DNA from: Bacillales bacterium UBA2450
GTDB taxonomy: Bacteria > Bacillota_I > Bacilli_A > RFN20 > CAG-826
Length of the DNA stretch: 48,684 bases
Assembly: GCA_002342545.1 (NCBI GenBank)
Contig: DDQE01000058.1
Span: 1-48,684, forward strand
Direction: 5' to 3'
The notes beneath the pieces are model-generated. The model saw only the letters and a program-made list of their open reading frames with translations, was not told where the DNA came from and made no database searches. Made by a program: the position numbers and the translations under genes. This document shows, piece after piece, positions 31,635-40,740 of the stretch; the first letter of the stretch is position 1, and every line of letters begins with the position of its first letter.

Positions 31635-33059
31635 ATGAAAAAGAATCGTTTATTAGCTCTACTTGTTGCCGCTACCGCAATCCCGTTAGTTGGTTGTGGA
31701 GAAAAAGACAATAGAACTCACATCGTCATTTGGACAACTTATAATGATACTTATCAAACAATCATTAATGACTGTATTGAAGAATTTGAAGAATCTCATC
31801 CAGATATTAAAGTTGATAACATCAAACAACAAGGTAGTTATCAAGATTTAGCAAAAATGGTTACCGATGGTGCTGCTGTTGATAACTATCCAGATATGGT
31901 TGCTGCTTATCCAGATTCCGCTAATGCATTCATTATAAACGGTATTGCCTTAGATATGACTCCATATATGGAAGACGAAGAAATTGGCTGGACTGAAGAT
32001 GATCTTGATGATATTCCTGAAAATTATATTGCATTAGGTCAACAATATATCATTCCAGGTACATATTCCTTGCCTGCTTCTAAATCAACCGAAGCTATGT
32101 ATTATAACCAAGATGTTTTAATTGGCCTAGATTTAAGCGATATCGATGCCACTATTAATGGCGGTCAACCACTTAATGATAACTATATCAAGAATCTTAC
32201 TTGGGAAGAATTATTTGAGAAATTAGTTCCTGCTTTAGATGCTTATGATCAAGCTCAAGAAGAAGGCGAAAAAATTATTGACCGTACAACATATACTGAC
32301 TGGGCATGGGTTGGTTATGATTCAGACGATAACTTCTTTATTACCTTAGCTGAACAATATGGCTATGGTTATACCGGCGTTGATAAAGTTACTGGTAAAG
32401 GTCAAATTAGTTTTGACAACGCCGGCATGAAAGACCTTATGAAAAAATTCAAAGGTTATAACGACAAACATTATTTCACCACAAAAGGCGTTATTAAACA
32501 AAACGTTAACTACCGTTCTACTAAAGGCGCAATGTTATTCTCTATTGGTTCAACCGGTGGAGTCAAATACCAATTTGATGATTCAACTAAATATAATGTT
32601 GGCGTTGCACCAATTCCATATGCTGCTGGTCGTACACGTAGGCAAATTGCTCAAGGACCAGATTTCGCTTTCTTAAATCATAATAATGAAACAAGAGCTA
32701 AAGCAATTTGGGAATTCTTTAAACTATTTACTTCCACTGATTATAATACCCGCTGGGCTATAACTTCAGGTTATTCACCAGTTAGATATTCTGTTATGGC
32801 AACTCCTGACTATATGGATTACGCTGATTATACAGACAAAGAAGAACACACAATCGATAGACTTTATGCTTTGAATGCTGATTACGCTTCTAGCGTTGGT
32901 GATTATATGTTTACCTCCCCTGTATTTAAGGGTTCAGATGAAGCTCGTATCCAAGTTGGTACAATTTATGCCGCATGTGTCGCTGCTGGTGCAGGTTTAG
33001 ATAGTCAAATCGATACTATTTTCAAAACCGCAGTCGATAATACAAAATTAAAAATGTAA
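31635..33059 (+). CDS. ABC substrate-binding lipoprotein 1
   Basis: LVGC lipobox; YSLPASKSTE, SIGSTGG, QGP, SGYSPVR; operon context. Confidence 0.88.
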   Translation: MKKNRLLALLVAATAIPLVGCGEKDNRTHIVIWTTYNDTYQTIINDCIEEFEESHPDIKVDNIKQQGSYQDLAKMVTDGAAVDNYPDMVAAYPDSANAFIINGIALDMTPYMEDEEIGWTEDDLDDIPENYIALGQQYIIPGTYSLPASKSTEAMYYNQDVLIGLDLSDIDATINGGQPLNDNYIKNLTWEELFEKLVPALDAYDQAQEEGEKIIDRTTYTDWAWVGYDSDDNFFITLAEQYGYGYTGVDKVTGKGQISFDNAGMKDLMKKFKGYNDKHYFTTKGVIKQNVNYRSTKGAMLFSIGSTGGVKYQFDDSTKYNVGVAPIPYAAGRTRRQIAQGPDFAFLNHNNETRAKAIWEFFKLFTSTDYNTRWAITSGYSPVRYSVMATPDYMDYADYTDKEEHTIDRLYALNADYASSVGDYMFTSPVFKGSDEARIQVGTIYAACVAAGAGLDSQIDTIFKTAVDNTKLKM

Positions 33060-33087
33060 TTAAAATTATTAATTAGGAGGACAAAAT

Positions 33088-34569
33088 ATGAAATTTAAAG
33101 GAGTTAAATCTCTCATTCTTCTCCCCCTGTTAGCAGCTGGATTATCTAGCTGTGGGGATAGTGGTCCAACCGCTGATGTCACCATTAAATTTTGGCATAC
33201 TTTTGGTCAAACAATCGTTGATGGTTTAAATGAGAAAATCAGAGAATTCAGCGATTTGGTTAAACAAGAAGAAGGCGTCTCTGTTGCCGTTGATTTAAAA
33301 TATCAAGGTGGCTACGACGATATTGCTAAAAAAATATCAGATGGTTATAGCGTCTATAATAGACCAACTATTGCTGTTGCTTATCCTGATAATGTTTCTG
33401 ACTATATTGACATTGGTAGATCCGCCGGGAAAGAATTTGTTGTTAATCTAGATAAATTCATCAAAGATCCAGGTGTTACTTTTGGTAGTGAAGCCTGGCT
33501 TGGTGATGATCAAGATGAAGATGATTTTGTTCCAGAATTTTATGAAGAAGGTTCAAAATACATAGTTGATGGTACTTATTCTCTTCCATTTATGAAATCT
33601 ACAGAAATCATGTTCTTTAATATGGACATGATGAAAGATGTCATGAAAGGTATTCCTGGAAAATTTGAAGGATATAATACTACAATTGGTGATTCTTCCA
33701 CTAAAATTAATGCTTATTTGAAGTCAATTACTTGGAGTGAATTCATTGACTTACTTACTTTTGTTAACGAACATAAGGCTGACATTAGTAATGTCTTAGA
33801 AGTTCCTCTTTGGTATGATAGTGACGCTAACTTCTTAATCTCAAAAATGTTCCAAAGAAGTATTGGTTATGCTTCTGTTAGCGGTGAGGGAACTGGCATT
33901 ATCGACTTTGAAAGTGGCACTAATAGAACTAAATTACAAACCTTATTAGAAGATATGAATGCAAACTATAATGCTGGATTATTTACCACTAAAGGTATTA
34001 AAAACACTTATGGTAGCGATTTCTTCACTGGTGAAAAATGTATGTTCTCCGTTGGTAGTACCGGTGGATCTGGATATAATTTCCCAGAGGCCGAAGCTTT
34101 CGAATTAGGCGTTTGTCGTGTACCACCAGAAAGTGCTGATAAAGCATTATATGTTTCTCAAGGTCCTACCTTAGCCCTTTTCTCTGATGATGGATTATCT
34201 GAAGAATTAAATAACAAGACTCAACTTTATGCTTGGAAATTCTTGAAATTTATCACTAGTTCTGAAGTTAATGCAGAAATGTGCTGCAATCACTCAGAAG
34301 GTTATGTTCCTGTTCGCTCAAGTTCTTATGAAACTGCATTTTTCCAAGAATATATGGAAGAACCTACAAATAAATATGCTGATTGTTATCGCGTTATCTT
34401 AAATGATATTAATATTAATGCTGGATATTTAGTTTCTCCTGCATTTAAAGGAAGCGCTGCTCTTAGAGATGAATGTGGTACGTTATTTACCGCTGCAATT
34501 ACCCATCCGATTGATTCAATTGATGGTTATATCTCAACAGCTATTTCAAACGCGAAATTAAAATTTTAA
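33088..34569 (+). CDS. ABC substrate-binding lipoprotein 2 (paralog)
   Basis: LSSC lipobox; IKFWHTF, YSLPFMKSTE, SVGSTGG, SQGP, GYVPVR. Confidence 0.88.
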   Translation: MKFKGVKSLILLPLLAAGLSSCGDSGPTADVTIKFWHTFGQTIVDGLNEKIREFSDLVKQEEGVSVAVDLKYQGGYDDIAKKISDGYSVYNRPTIAVAYPDNVSDYIDIGRSAGKEFVVNLDKFIKDPGVTFGSEAWLGDDQDEDDFVPEFYEEGSKYIVDGTYSLPFMKSTEIMFFNMDMMKDVMKGIPGKFEGYNTTIGDSSTKINAYLKSITWSEFIDLLTFVNEHKADISNVLEVPLWYDSDANFLISKMFQRSIGYASVSGEGTGIIDFESGTNRTKLQTLLEDMNANYNAGLFTTKGIKNTYGSDFFTGEKCMFSVGSTGGSGYNFPEAEAFELGVCRVPPESADKALYVSQGPTLALFSDDGLSEELNNKTQLYAWKFLKFITSSEVNAEMCCNHSEGYVPVRSSSYETAFFQEYMEEPTNKYADCYRVILNDININAGYLVSPAFKGSAALRDECGTLFTAAITHPIDSIDGYISTAISNAKLKF

Positions 34570-34587
34570 TAAAAAAGGAGGCAATTT

Positions 34588-36048
34588 ATGTTAAATAAAG
34601 TATTATTTAAGTCTTTATTTACCGCCGCATTGCTTGTCGGTGTCGCTTCTTGTGGTGGCAATTCAGGTCCTCAAAAAGGGGATGCAAACTGGGTTGATTA
34701 CACAAAAGACGGAAGCGTTACCTTAAATCTTGATTATAAAGATAGAGATTTCTATGTTGACGGCATTGGTCAAGTTACATTAAAGACCGCTATTGACGGA
34801 GATACTGCTCACTTTAATCCTTTGAAAGACACAACTCAGTCAGGACTTATTAAATCAAGATTCTTTGGAATTGATACTCCAGAGTCAACTGGTAAGGTTC
34901 AAGAATATGGAAAGCCTGCCTCTAACTACACAAAGAAAATGTTAGAAGAAGCAAGTGCAAATGGAACAATAGTTGTTTCTTCTCCTTCCGATCAATACGG
35001 GGTACCACAACCTGATAGCACTGGTTCCCGTTACGTTTCTTTGATTTGGATTAACTTAACTGTGAAGAATGCTTCGGCAAGCCAATTATATTTATTAAAT
35101 CTTGACATTGTTCAAGAAGGCTTAAGCTGGGTTAAGAATGTTCAAGATATGCCTCAATATTCTGATACATTCTATGCTGCTGAATCTCAAGCTGAGAAAT
35201 ATAAACTCAATTTACATTCTGGTGTACCTGATCCTACATTTAACTATGGTGAATATGTAGATACTTCTTTATTAGAAATTAGAGATGAAGTTGCTTTGAA
35301 TCTTGCTGATCCAGATCACGTCAATAAATTCGATAACGCTAGAGTTAGAATTCAAGGTACAGTTTGTGGATATTCTAATCACATCTTATATTTGCAAGAT
35401 TATGTCTTAAAAGATAAGGATAATCCTTCTTTAGGTGGAGAATATTGTGGCATTAACATCTTTGTTGGTATGTCATCTATTGCTGCAAAATACACCAAGC
35501 TCAATACCTTTATTCAAGTTTGTGGATTAGCTCAATATACTGATAACTATGGCTTCCAAATTACCGATACTCAAGGAAGATTCCCTGTTGGATCTCCTAA
35601 AAATGAAAAGGATGCTAAAATAATTTATACAGCTGAACAAAACGTTGATACTGAGCATAACTTATATACATTTGCAAAAACAACTGAAGAATTAAGCGCA
35701 ATTGCTAGCTCGAAAAACCCTTATAATTTAAGTTGCTTAAATTGTAGTGTTGAAATCACTGATACATTAGTTTGTACAAGTGCTTTTATTAATTCATCCG
35801 CTGATAAAGAAATTACTCTTTCATTTGAGGGTGCTTCATTTAACTGCTATATTCCATTTAACTATAAAGGTGGAACTGCAGAAGATCCTGAAGATACTAG
35901 ATATCGTTGGGTTCTTGAAAGTGATTTCGTTGGTAAGACATTTACATTAAAAGGTGTTTATGTTTTCCATAAAACTACAACCGGAAAGATTAAATTCCAA
36001 ATCGTTCCTAACAATTCTAAAGACTTAGTTTGGATTCATCTTTCCTAA
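34588..36048 (+). CDS. Thermonuclease (SNase-family) lipoprotein with C-terminal OB-fold-like region
   Basis: VASC lipobox; IDGDT, RFFGIDTPE, SRYVS, LNLDIVQEGLS SNase motifs; VRIQGTV...LYLQD...GINIF OB-like pattern. Confidence 0.88.
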   Translation: MLNKVLFKSLFTAALLVGVASCGGNSGPQKGDANWVDYTKDGSVTLNLDYKDRDFYVDGIGQVTLKTAIDGDTAHFNPLKDTTQSGLIKSRFFGIDTPESTGKVQEYGKPASNYTKKMLEEASANGTIVVSSPSDQYGVPQPDSTGSRYVSLIWINLTVKNASASQLYLLNLDIVQEGLSWVKNVQDMPQYSDTFYAAESQAEKYKLNLHSGVPDPTFNYGEYVDTSLLEIRDEVALNLADPDHVNKFDNARVRIQGTVCGYSNHILYLQDYVLKDKDNPSLGGEYCGINIFVGMSSIAAKYTKLNTFIQVCGLAQYTDNYGFQITDTQGRFPVGSPKNEKDAKIIYTAEQNVDTEHNLYTFAKTTEELSAIASSKNPYNLSCLNCSVEITDTLVCTSAFINSSADKEITLSFEGASFNCYIPFNYKGGTAEDPEDTRYRWVLESDFVGKTFTLKGVYVFHKTTTGKIKFQIVPNNSKDLVWIHLS

Positions 36049-36094
36049 TTAGTTACTTTTCTATCAAATTTTATTATTTTAAGGAGGCAAGATT

Positions 36095-36589
36095 ATGTAT
36101 TGCTGTCACTGTGGAAAATATATTAATGAACACAAATTAGAGCAAAAAAATTCTTCTTTGGTAATCAAAGATGAAAATGGAGAATTGCAAGAAGTTAATT
36201 CTGACGCTCCAGTTAATTATGTTTGTCCTCAATGTGGCCATTTAGTTCACGCTGATGCATCTAATGAAGAATTAAAGTCATTATCTCAAGCCGCTCACTC
36301 CCAGCTTCAAAGAGGAGCGAATAGTTTTGCTCGTGGAATGGCGTTAAATCTAATTGGAATAATTATTGCGATTCTTGCTTTCTCATTTTTCTTGCTTTCA
36401 TTTCAAAGTGATGGTGGTGGAAAAACTCTTAATCCAAGCAAATCTACCTTCCTTATCTTTATAGTGTTAGCATCAGTTGCTGTTATTCTTTTAGGATTTG
36501 GCATTTACTTTACGATCGTCGGTATCAGTAAGAAGCAGGTTTATACCAAATTACTAAAAGATTTAAATAACAAAACCTTTGTCCAATAG
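36095..36589 (+). CDS. Zinc-ribbon membrane protein (2 TM)
   Basis: CCHC and CPQC pairs, two hydrophobic helices; AAGGAGG RBS. Confidence 0.75.
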   Translation: MYCCHCGKYINEHKLEQKNSSLVIKDENGELQEVNSDAPVNYVCPQCGHLVHADASNEELKSLSQAAHSQLQRGANSFARGMALNLIGIIIAILAFSFFLLSFQSDGGGKTLNPSKSTFLIFIVLASVAVILLGFGIYFTIVGISKKQVYTKLLKDLNNKTFVQ

Positions 36590-36638
36590 AGGATGAAGAA
36601 AACTATTTGTAATTTTTAGTAATAAAAAGGAGGAAATT

Positions 36639-38267
36639 ATGAAAAAAATTTTATTACCCCTCATTTTATTAGCTGGAATGACATTAGTCGGATGTGGTGG
36701 AGGAGGTTCTCCAGAACCAAAACCAGAAGAAGGCTATGGCGTTGCCATTACTAATAAAACGGAATTACAAGCCCAATGGTATGCTGGAGAAGCAAGCCGT
36801 GATTTAGCTATTGACCTAACTCCTGCAGGCAATGTTATGCAAGAATTGACCAAAAAAACATTAACGGTCGCTTCTAACAATGATTCTGTTGTTAAGGTTC
36901 AAGGTATTTCACTTCATGCACTTGCTAAAGGTACAGCAGAAATCACCGTTACTTATCACGGATGGAAAGACAAAGTTTCATTAAGCATCGATAAAATGCC
37001 TACCGTTCAAGAAAAGTATGGTGTTACTCACTCTGGTACCTCAGCCGACCCATTAACTAATGAAGAAGCTCTTACAGTTGCTAAACATGCTGATTATGCT
37101 AAGTACAAAGATGATCTTTATGTTGGTGGTAAAGTCGCTTCCTTCTATCACGCACCAGGCGCACGTGATGACGGTGCTGTTAGCTGGTTCTTAGAACCTG
37201 CAGAAGGACAAACAGAAAAATTTGAAATTTATAAGTGTTACAAAACCGTTTCTGGCAAACAAGCTAATTTAACTGACGATGATGTTTGGGTTGGTGGCTA
37301 TGCTGTTGCACACGGTAAATTTACATCTTATAAAGGCCAATATGAAACAGATGGCGCTATTTTTGATAGATGTGAAGGTACTAAACCTGCTCCTAGAACA
37401 ACTATCGCTGCAACATTTGCCGAAGCTTTAGCCGCTGGTGCTAAATTAGCAGATGGTGCTGATACCTATGACTATTACAAATTTGATGCATTTGTGACCG
37501 CTAAAGAAGGCGATAACTACTTCTTAACTGCTTCTAAAGGCGAAGAGCTTGTAAAAGCAAAATCTGACGCTCAACACGGCGAAAAAGATTATTATTCCAA
37601 CGCTATTGAAATCTATAATGTATCTGGTGCTGATTTACTTGCAAAATTAAAGAAAGATGCAAAAATCACCGTTAAGATGATTATCAAAAATTATCATGCT
37701 CAAGTTGAGAACTTACTCGCTTTAGCTGCTGCTGATGTCACCGTGTTAGAAGAAGGTACAGATTGGCCAACACCAGTACCTCCAACACCAACAAAGACAT
37801 GGAAGAAAATTGATGCTCAACCAACAGTTGGTGGAGATTACAAACTTATCTTAAATCGTGAAGACAATGCTTCTAACCCAGGTTTATGGTTCTTAAAAGA
37901 TCAAACCGAAGCAGAAGCTAAAGATGGTGGTAAAGAATATTACATCACCACTTCTCAAGCAGAAACAGATGCAGCTACAATTACATTAATTGCTGCTGAA
38001 GGTGGATTTAAAGTTAAAATTGGTGCTAGATATTTATGGATCGGTTTAGTTGGAACTCATACCAATTCCTTATTAAAAGCTACCGAAGCAGAAGCTAGCG
38101 TCTTAACTTATGACCTCACAAACGGATTTGGTGTTACCTTATCTGAAGCATTCTGGGGCTTAGGAACAAGAAACGACAGATCATTCACTACTGCTGGTGC
38201 TGTTAACCTTACACAATACCCAGCTAACTATAAGGTTTGCTTATATCAATATAACGAAGCTGCTTAA
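36639..38267 (+). CDS. Surface lipoprotein with Ig-like and two OB-fold-like repeats
   Basis: LVGC lipobox; ASNNDSVVKV...KGTAEITVT Ig-like; repeats DPLTNEEAL...FEIY...GKFTSYKG and TFAEAL...IEIY...IKNYH. Confidence 0.72.
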   Translation: MKKILLPLILLAGMTLVGCGGGGSPEPKPEEGYGVAITNKTELQAQWYAGEASRDLAIDLTPAGNVMQELTKKTLTVASNNDSVVKVQGISLHALAKGTAEITVTYHGWKDKVSLSIDKMPTVQEKYGVTHSGTSADPLTNEEALTVAKHADYAKYKDDLYVGGKVASFYHAPGARDDGAVSWFLEPAEGQTEKFEIYKCYKTVSGKQANLTDDDVWVGGYAVAHGKFTSYKGQYETDGAIFDRCEGTKPAPRTTIAATFAEALAAGAKLADGADTYDYYKFDAFVTAKEGDNYFLTASKGEELVKAKSDAQHGEKDYYSNAIEIYNVSGADLLAKLKKDAKITVKMIIKNYHAQVENLLALAAADVTVLEEGTDWPTPVPPTPTKTWKKIDAQPTVGGDYKLILNREDNASNPGLWFLKDQTEAEAKDGGKEYYITTSQAETDAATITLIAAEGGFKVKIGARYLWIGLVGTHTNSLLKATEAEASVLTYDLTNGFGVTLSEAFWGLGTRNDRSFTTAGAVNLTQYPANYKVCLYQYNEAA

Positions 38268-38379
38268 TAGTTAGTGTTAATTTAGGTTCTGTGAGATTTA
38301 GTGGGGTATTCTGGGGTATTGGTCAAAAATTGATATCCTGAAACTCCGAAATCTAATGGGTTCAACAAATTAAAAAATA

Positions 38380-38413
38380 AAGGCTAGAGATGCCAAAAAT
38401 CTCTAGTCTTTTT
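38380..38413 (+). terminator. Intrinsic terminator of the ABC/nuclease operon
   Basis: AAGGCTAGAGAT-gccaaaa-ATCTCTAGTCTT then T-tract. Confidence 0.85.
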
Positions 38414-38487
38414 GGTTTTTTCTGTTTCTATTAATGTATATTGGAGTTAGTTATGTTACTATCTATATTTATTAAGAGGCTAATTAT

Positions 38488-39036
38488 ATGAAAGTTCTAA
38501 TTATATATGCTGATGGATTTGAAGATGTAGAAGCTTTAGCGACTCGAGATGTCCTTATTAGAGCAGGAATTAGCGTTTGCGACGCTAAAATTAATGATGA
38601 TGAGGAATTAGTTATTTCTAGTCATAAAGTCGCTTTAAGCGGCTTTAAAAGCTTAAAAAATATAAATGTTGATGAAATTGAAGCAATTATTCTTCCTGGT
38701 GGAAGTAAAGGAGTTAATAATTTATTAAAGAGCATAGAAGTAGATAGATTAGTAAAAGAGTTCTATGCTAAACATAAATTAGTGTGTGCAATATGCGCTG
38801 CTCCGATGGTATTAGGTAAAAACGAGTTGTTACATAATAGACCATATACTTGTTATCCAGGATGTAATGAAGACCTAGACGGCATATATACCGGAGAGGA
38901 AGTTGTAGTAAGCGATAATATCGTAACCGCTAGGAGTATGCTTTATAGTATTCCGTTTGGTTTGAAAATTATTGAATTATTATTAGATAAAGAAACATCT
39001 GATCGTGTTTATTCTCAAATTGCCGGAATAAAATAG
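38488..39036 (+). CDS. DJ-1/PfpI family protein (YajL/ThiJ-like)
   Basis: GFEDVEA, ILPGG, AICAAP nucleophile elbow, TCYPG. Confidence 0.93.
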   Translation: MKVLIIYADGFEDVEALATRDVLIRAGISVCDAKINDDEELVISSHKVALSGFKSLKNINVDEIEAIILPGGSKGVNNLLKSIEVDRLVKEFYAKHKLVCAICAAPMVLGKNELLHNRPYTCYPGCNEDLDGIYTGEEVVVSDNIVTARSMLYSIPFGLKIIELLLDKETSDRVYSQIAGIK

Positions 39037-39044
39037 AATTGTTA

Positions 39045-39076
39045 AGCATAGCAACCACTGTGCTCTTATTTTTTTT
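39045..39076 (+). terminator. Probable intrinsic terminator
   Basis: AGCATAG-caacca-CTGTGCT then T-rich tract. Confidence 0.5.
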
Positions 39077-39094
39077 CTGATATATGTTATATTC

Positions 39095-39161
39095 TTATAC
39101 CTTATAGGTATAACAGCATTTTATTATAAAAATTGACTTAATAATTGTATGTTTGTATAAT
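39095..39161 (+). promoter_or_regulatory. Palindromic operator and sigma-A promoter of AbiE module
   Basis: TTATACC-ttata-GGTATAA (39095-39113); TTGACT (39133) -17 bp- TATAAT (39156). Confidence 0.75.
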
Positions 39162-39167
39162 ATAGAC

Positions 39168-39806
39168 ATGAATATTGTAAGTTATCTCACTGACATTTAT
39201 GGCTATGGCACTCCTATATTCATTAAAGACATTAGGATTGGTAGAAAAAGCAAAACCGCGATAAGGGAAGAATTTTATCGTGCGTATAAAAAGGGTGAAT
39301 TAGAAAGAGAAGGACCTGGTGTTTATTCAATACCAAAAAAAGATGAAGATTTTCCTCCTGTTGTTACTTTCAGGAAAATTTTAGAAAAGAAATTTATTTA
39401 TCCAGTTGATACATTCGAAGGTTTAGAATTTCTTTTTGTCGAAGGCTATTTTTCTGGATTAACTTTTTTAAACCAAATTGGCATGTCTCAGCAAGTCCCG
39501 GCAATATTAGAGGTTACAACCAATAGAACAAGTAGCAAAAAAAGAGAATATGTTATCGGTAAACGAATTGCATATATTCGTAAGAGCAGAACTAAAATCG
39601 ATAACACTAATTATAAAATCCTTCAGTTTTTGGATATGTTTTCTTTTGTAAGTTTAGATGAGGTAAAGGACAATAAACAGTTATTAAGAAATTACATAAT
39701 AAAAAATCAATTCAGCAAAGGATTATTTTCGAAATATATTGAATTATATGGCTTTGGAACTTTGAAGAAATTAACCGAAGGAGGACTTTTAGATGCGTTT
39801 ATATGA
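39168..39806 (+). CDS. AbiEi-like type IV antitoxin / transcriptional regulator
   Basis: GELEREGPGVYSIP wHTH, GYFSGLTFLNQIGMSQQVP...EVTTN; overlaps AbiEii gene; the TTG start at 39153 lies within the promoter. Confidence 0.82.
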   Translation: MNIVSYLTDIYGYGTPIFIKDIRIGRKSKTAIREEFYRAYKKGELEREGPGVYSIPKKDEDFPPVVTFRKILEKKFIYPVDTFEGLEFLFVEGYFSGLTFLNQIGMSQQVPAILEVTTNRTSSKKREYVIGKRIAYIRKSRTKIDNTNYKILQFLDMFSFVSLDEVKDNKQLLRNYIIKNQFSKGLFSKYIELYGFGTLKKLTEGGLLDAFI

Positions 39807-40695
39807 TGATAAGAAATTGTTTTTCCAAATAATTGAACAATCATCAAAAGCCATTATAGTTGATGATAAATATATTGAAAAAGATTATTTTGCAATTTCT
39901 ATACTTAAGGAACTTATAACAAGAAATAATAAATTTGTCTTTAAGGGCGGCACTAGTTTAAGCGTTTGTCAAAAAGCGATTAATCGTTTTTCTGAAGATA
40001 TTGATATTTCATATGAAGATGAACGAATAACTGTCGGCACCAGAAAACAGATTAAACAAATGTTTTTTGATTCGATAGAGTCTGTCTCTTTAAGTGTTTC
40101 AAACATAGATAACATTAGAAGTAGAAGAGTCTTCAATAGATATTTATGCCCTTATAACGATGTAAATGGTAATGCAGATCAAGTTATCGTGGAATGGGCC
40201 ACCCAGACCCCTTCTTTTCCTATAGAAACTAAAACCGCTCAAACAATGATTGGACAATATTTGGACAGCATTGGAAGACACGATTTAACTACACAATATG
40301 GTCTAGAAGCTTTTGAAGTAAAAACTATCACGAAAGAAAGAACACTAGTCGATAAGATATTTGCTATTTGCGATTATCACCTTAATAAAAAATTAGATCG
40401 CCAATCTAGGCATATTTACGATATACATCAATTATTAGATTATGTTTCTTTAGATGTTGGTTTTGTTGAACTCTTTTTAAAGGTGCGTGAATATCGAAAA
40501 TCTCTAGATACTTGTCTTTCTTCTAAAGAAGGAATGGTCGTTTCTACTTTATTATTAGAACTTATCGAACAAGACACATACAAAAAGGACTACAATAGTA
40601 AAACATTTCCATTATTATATGATCACGTCAAATATGAAGATTGTTTACATTCTATTAAAAAGATAGCGGACTTCTTAGCAAATAATAATCTATAG
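39793..40695 (+). CDS. AbiEii/AbiGii nucleotidyltransferase toxin (type IV TA)
   Basis: IEKDY, FKGGTSLS, RFSEDIDI, ERTLVDK, RHIYD motifs. Confidence 0.92.
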   Translation: MRLYDDKKLFFQIIEQSSKAIIVDDKYIEKDYFAISILKELITRNNKFVFKGGTSLSVCQKAINRFSEDIDISYEDERITVGTRKQIKQMFFDSIESVSLSVSNIDNIRSRRVFNRYLCPYNDVNGNADQVIVEWATQTPSFPIETKTAQTMIGQYLDSIGRHDLTTQYGLEAFEVKTITKERTLVDKIFAICDYHLNKKLDRQSRHIYDIHQLLDYVSLDVGFVELFLKVREYRKSLDTCLSSKEGMVVSTLLLELIEQDTYKKDYNSKTFPLLYDHVKYEDCLHSIKKIADFLANNNL

Positions 40696-40740
40696 ATTTT
40701 CTTGAAATCTTAATCCTATAGCCTTAATCTTTTTACATAT

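Noticed and set aside
27532-34569. Plain maltose or glycerol-3-phosphate transporter call (mal/ugp symbols)
   Set aside because: The fold class fits, but no sugar enzymes or regulator are adjacent and the neighbours are nucleases; substrate left unassigned
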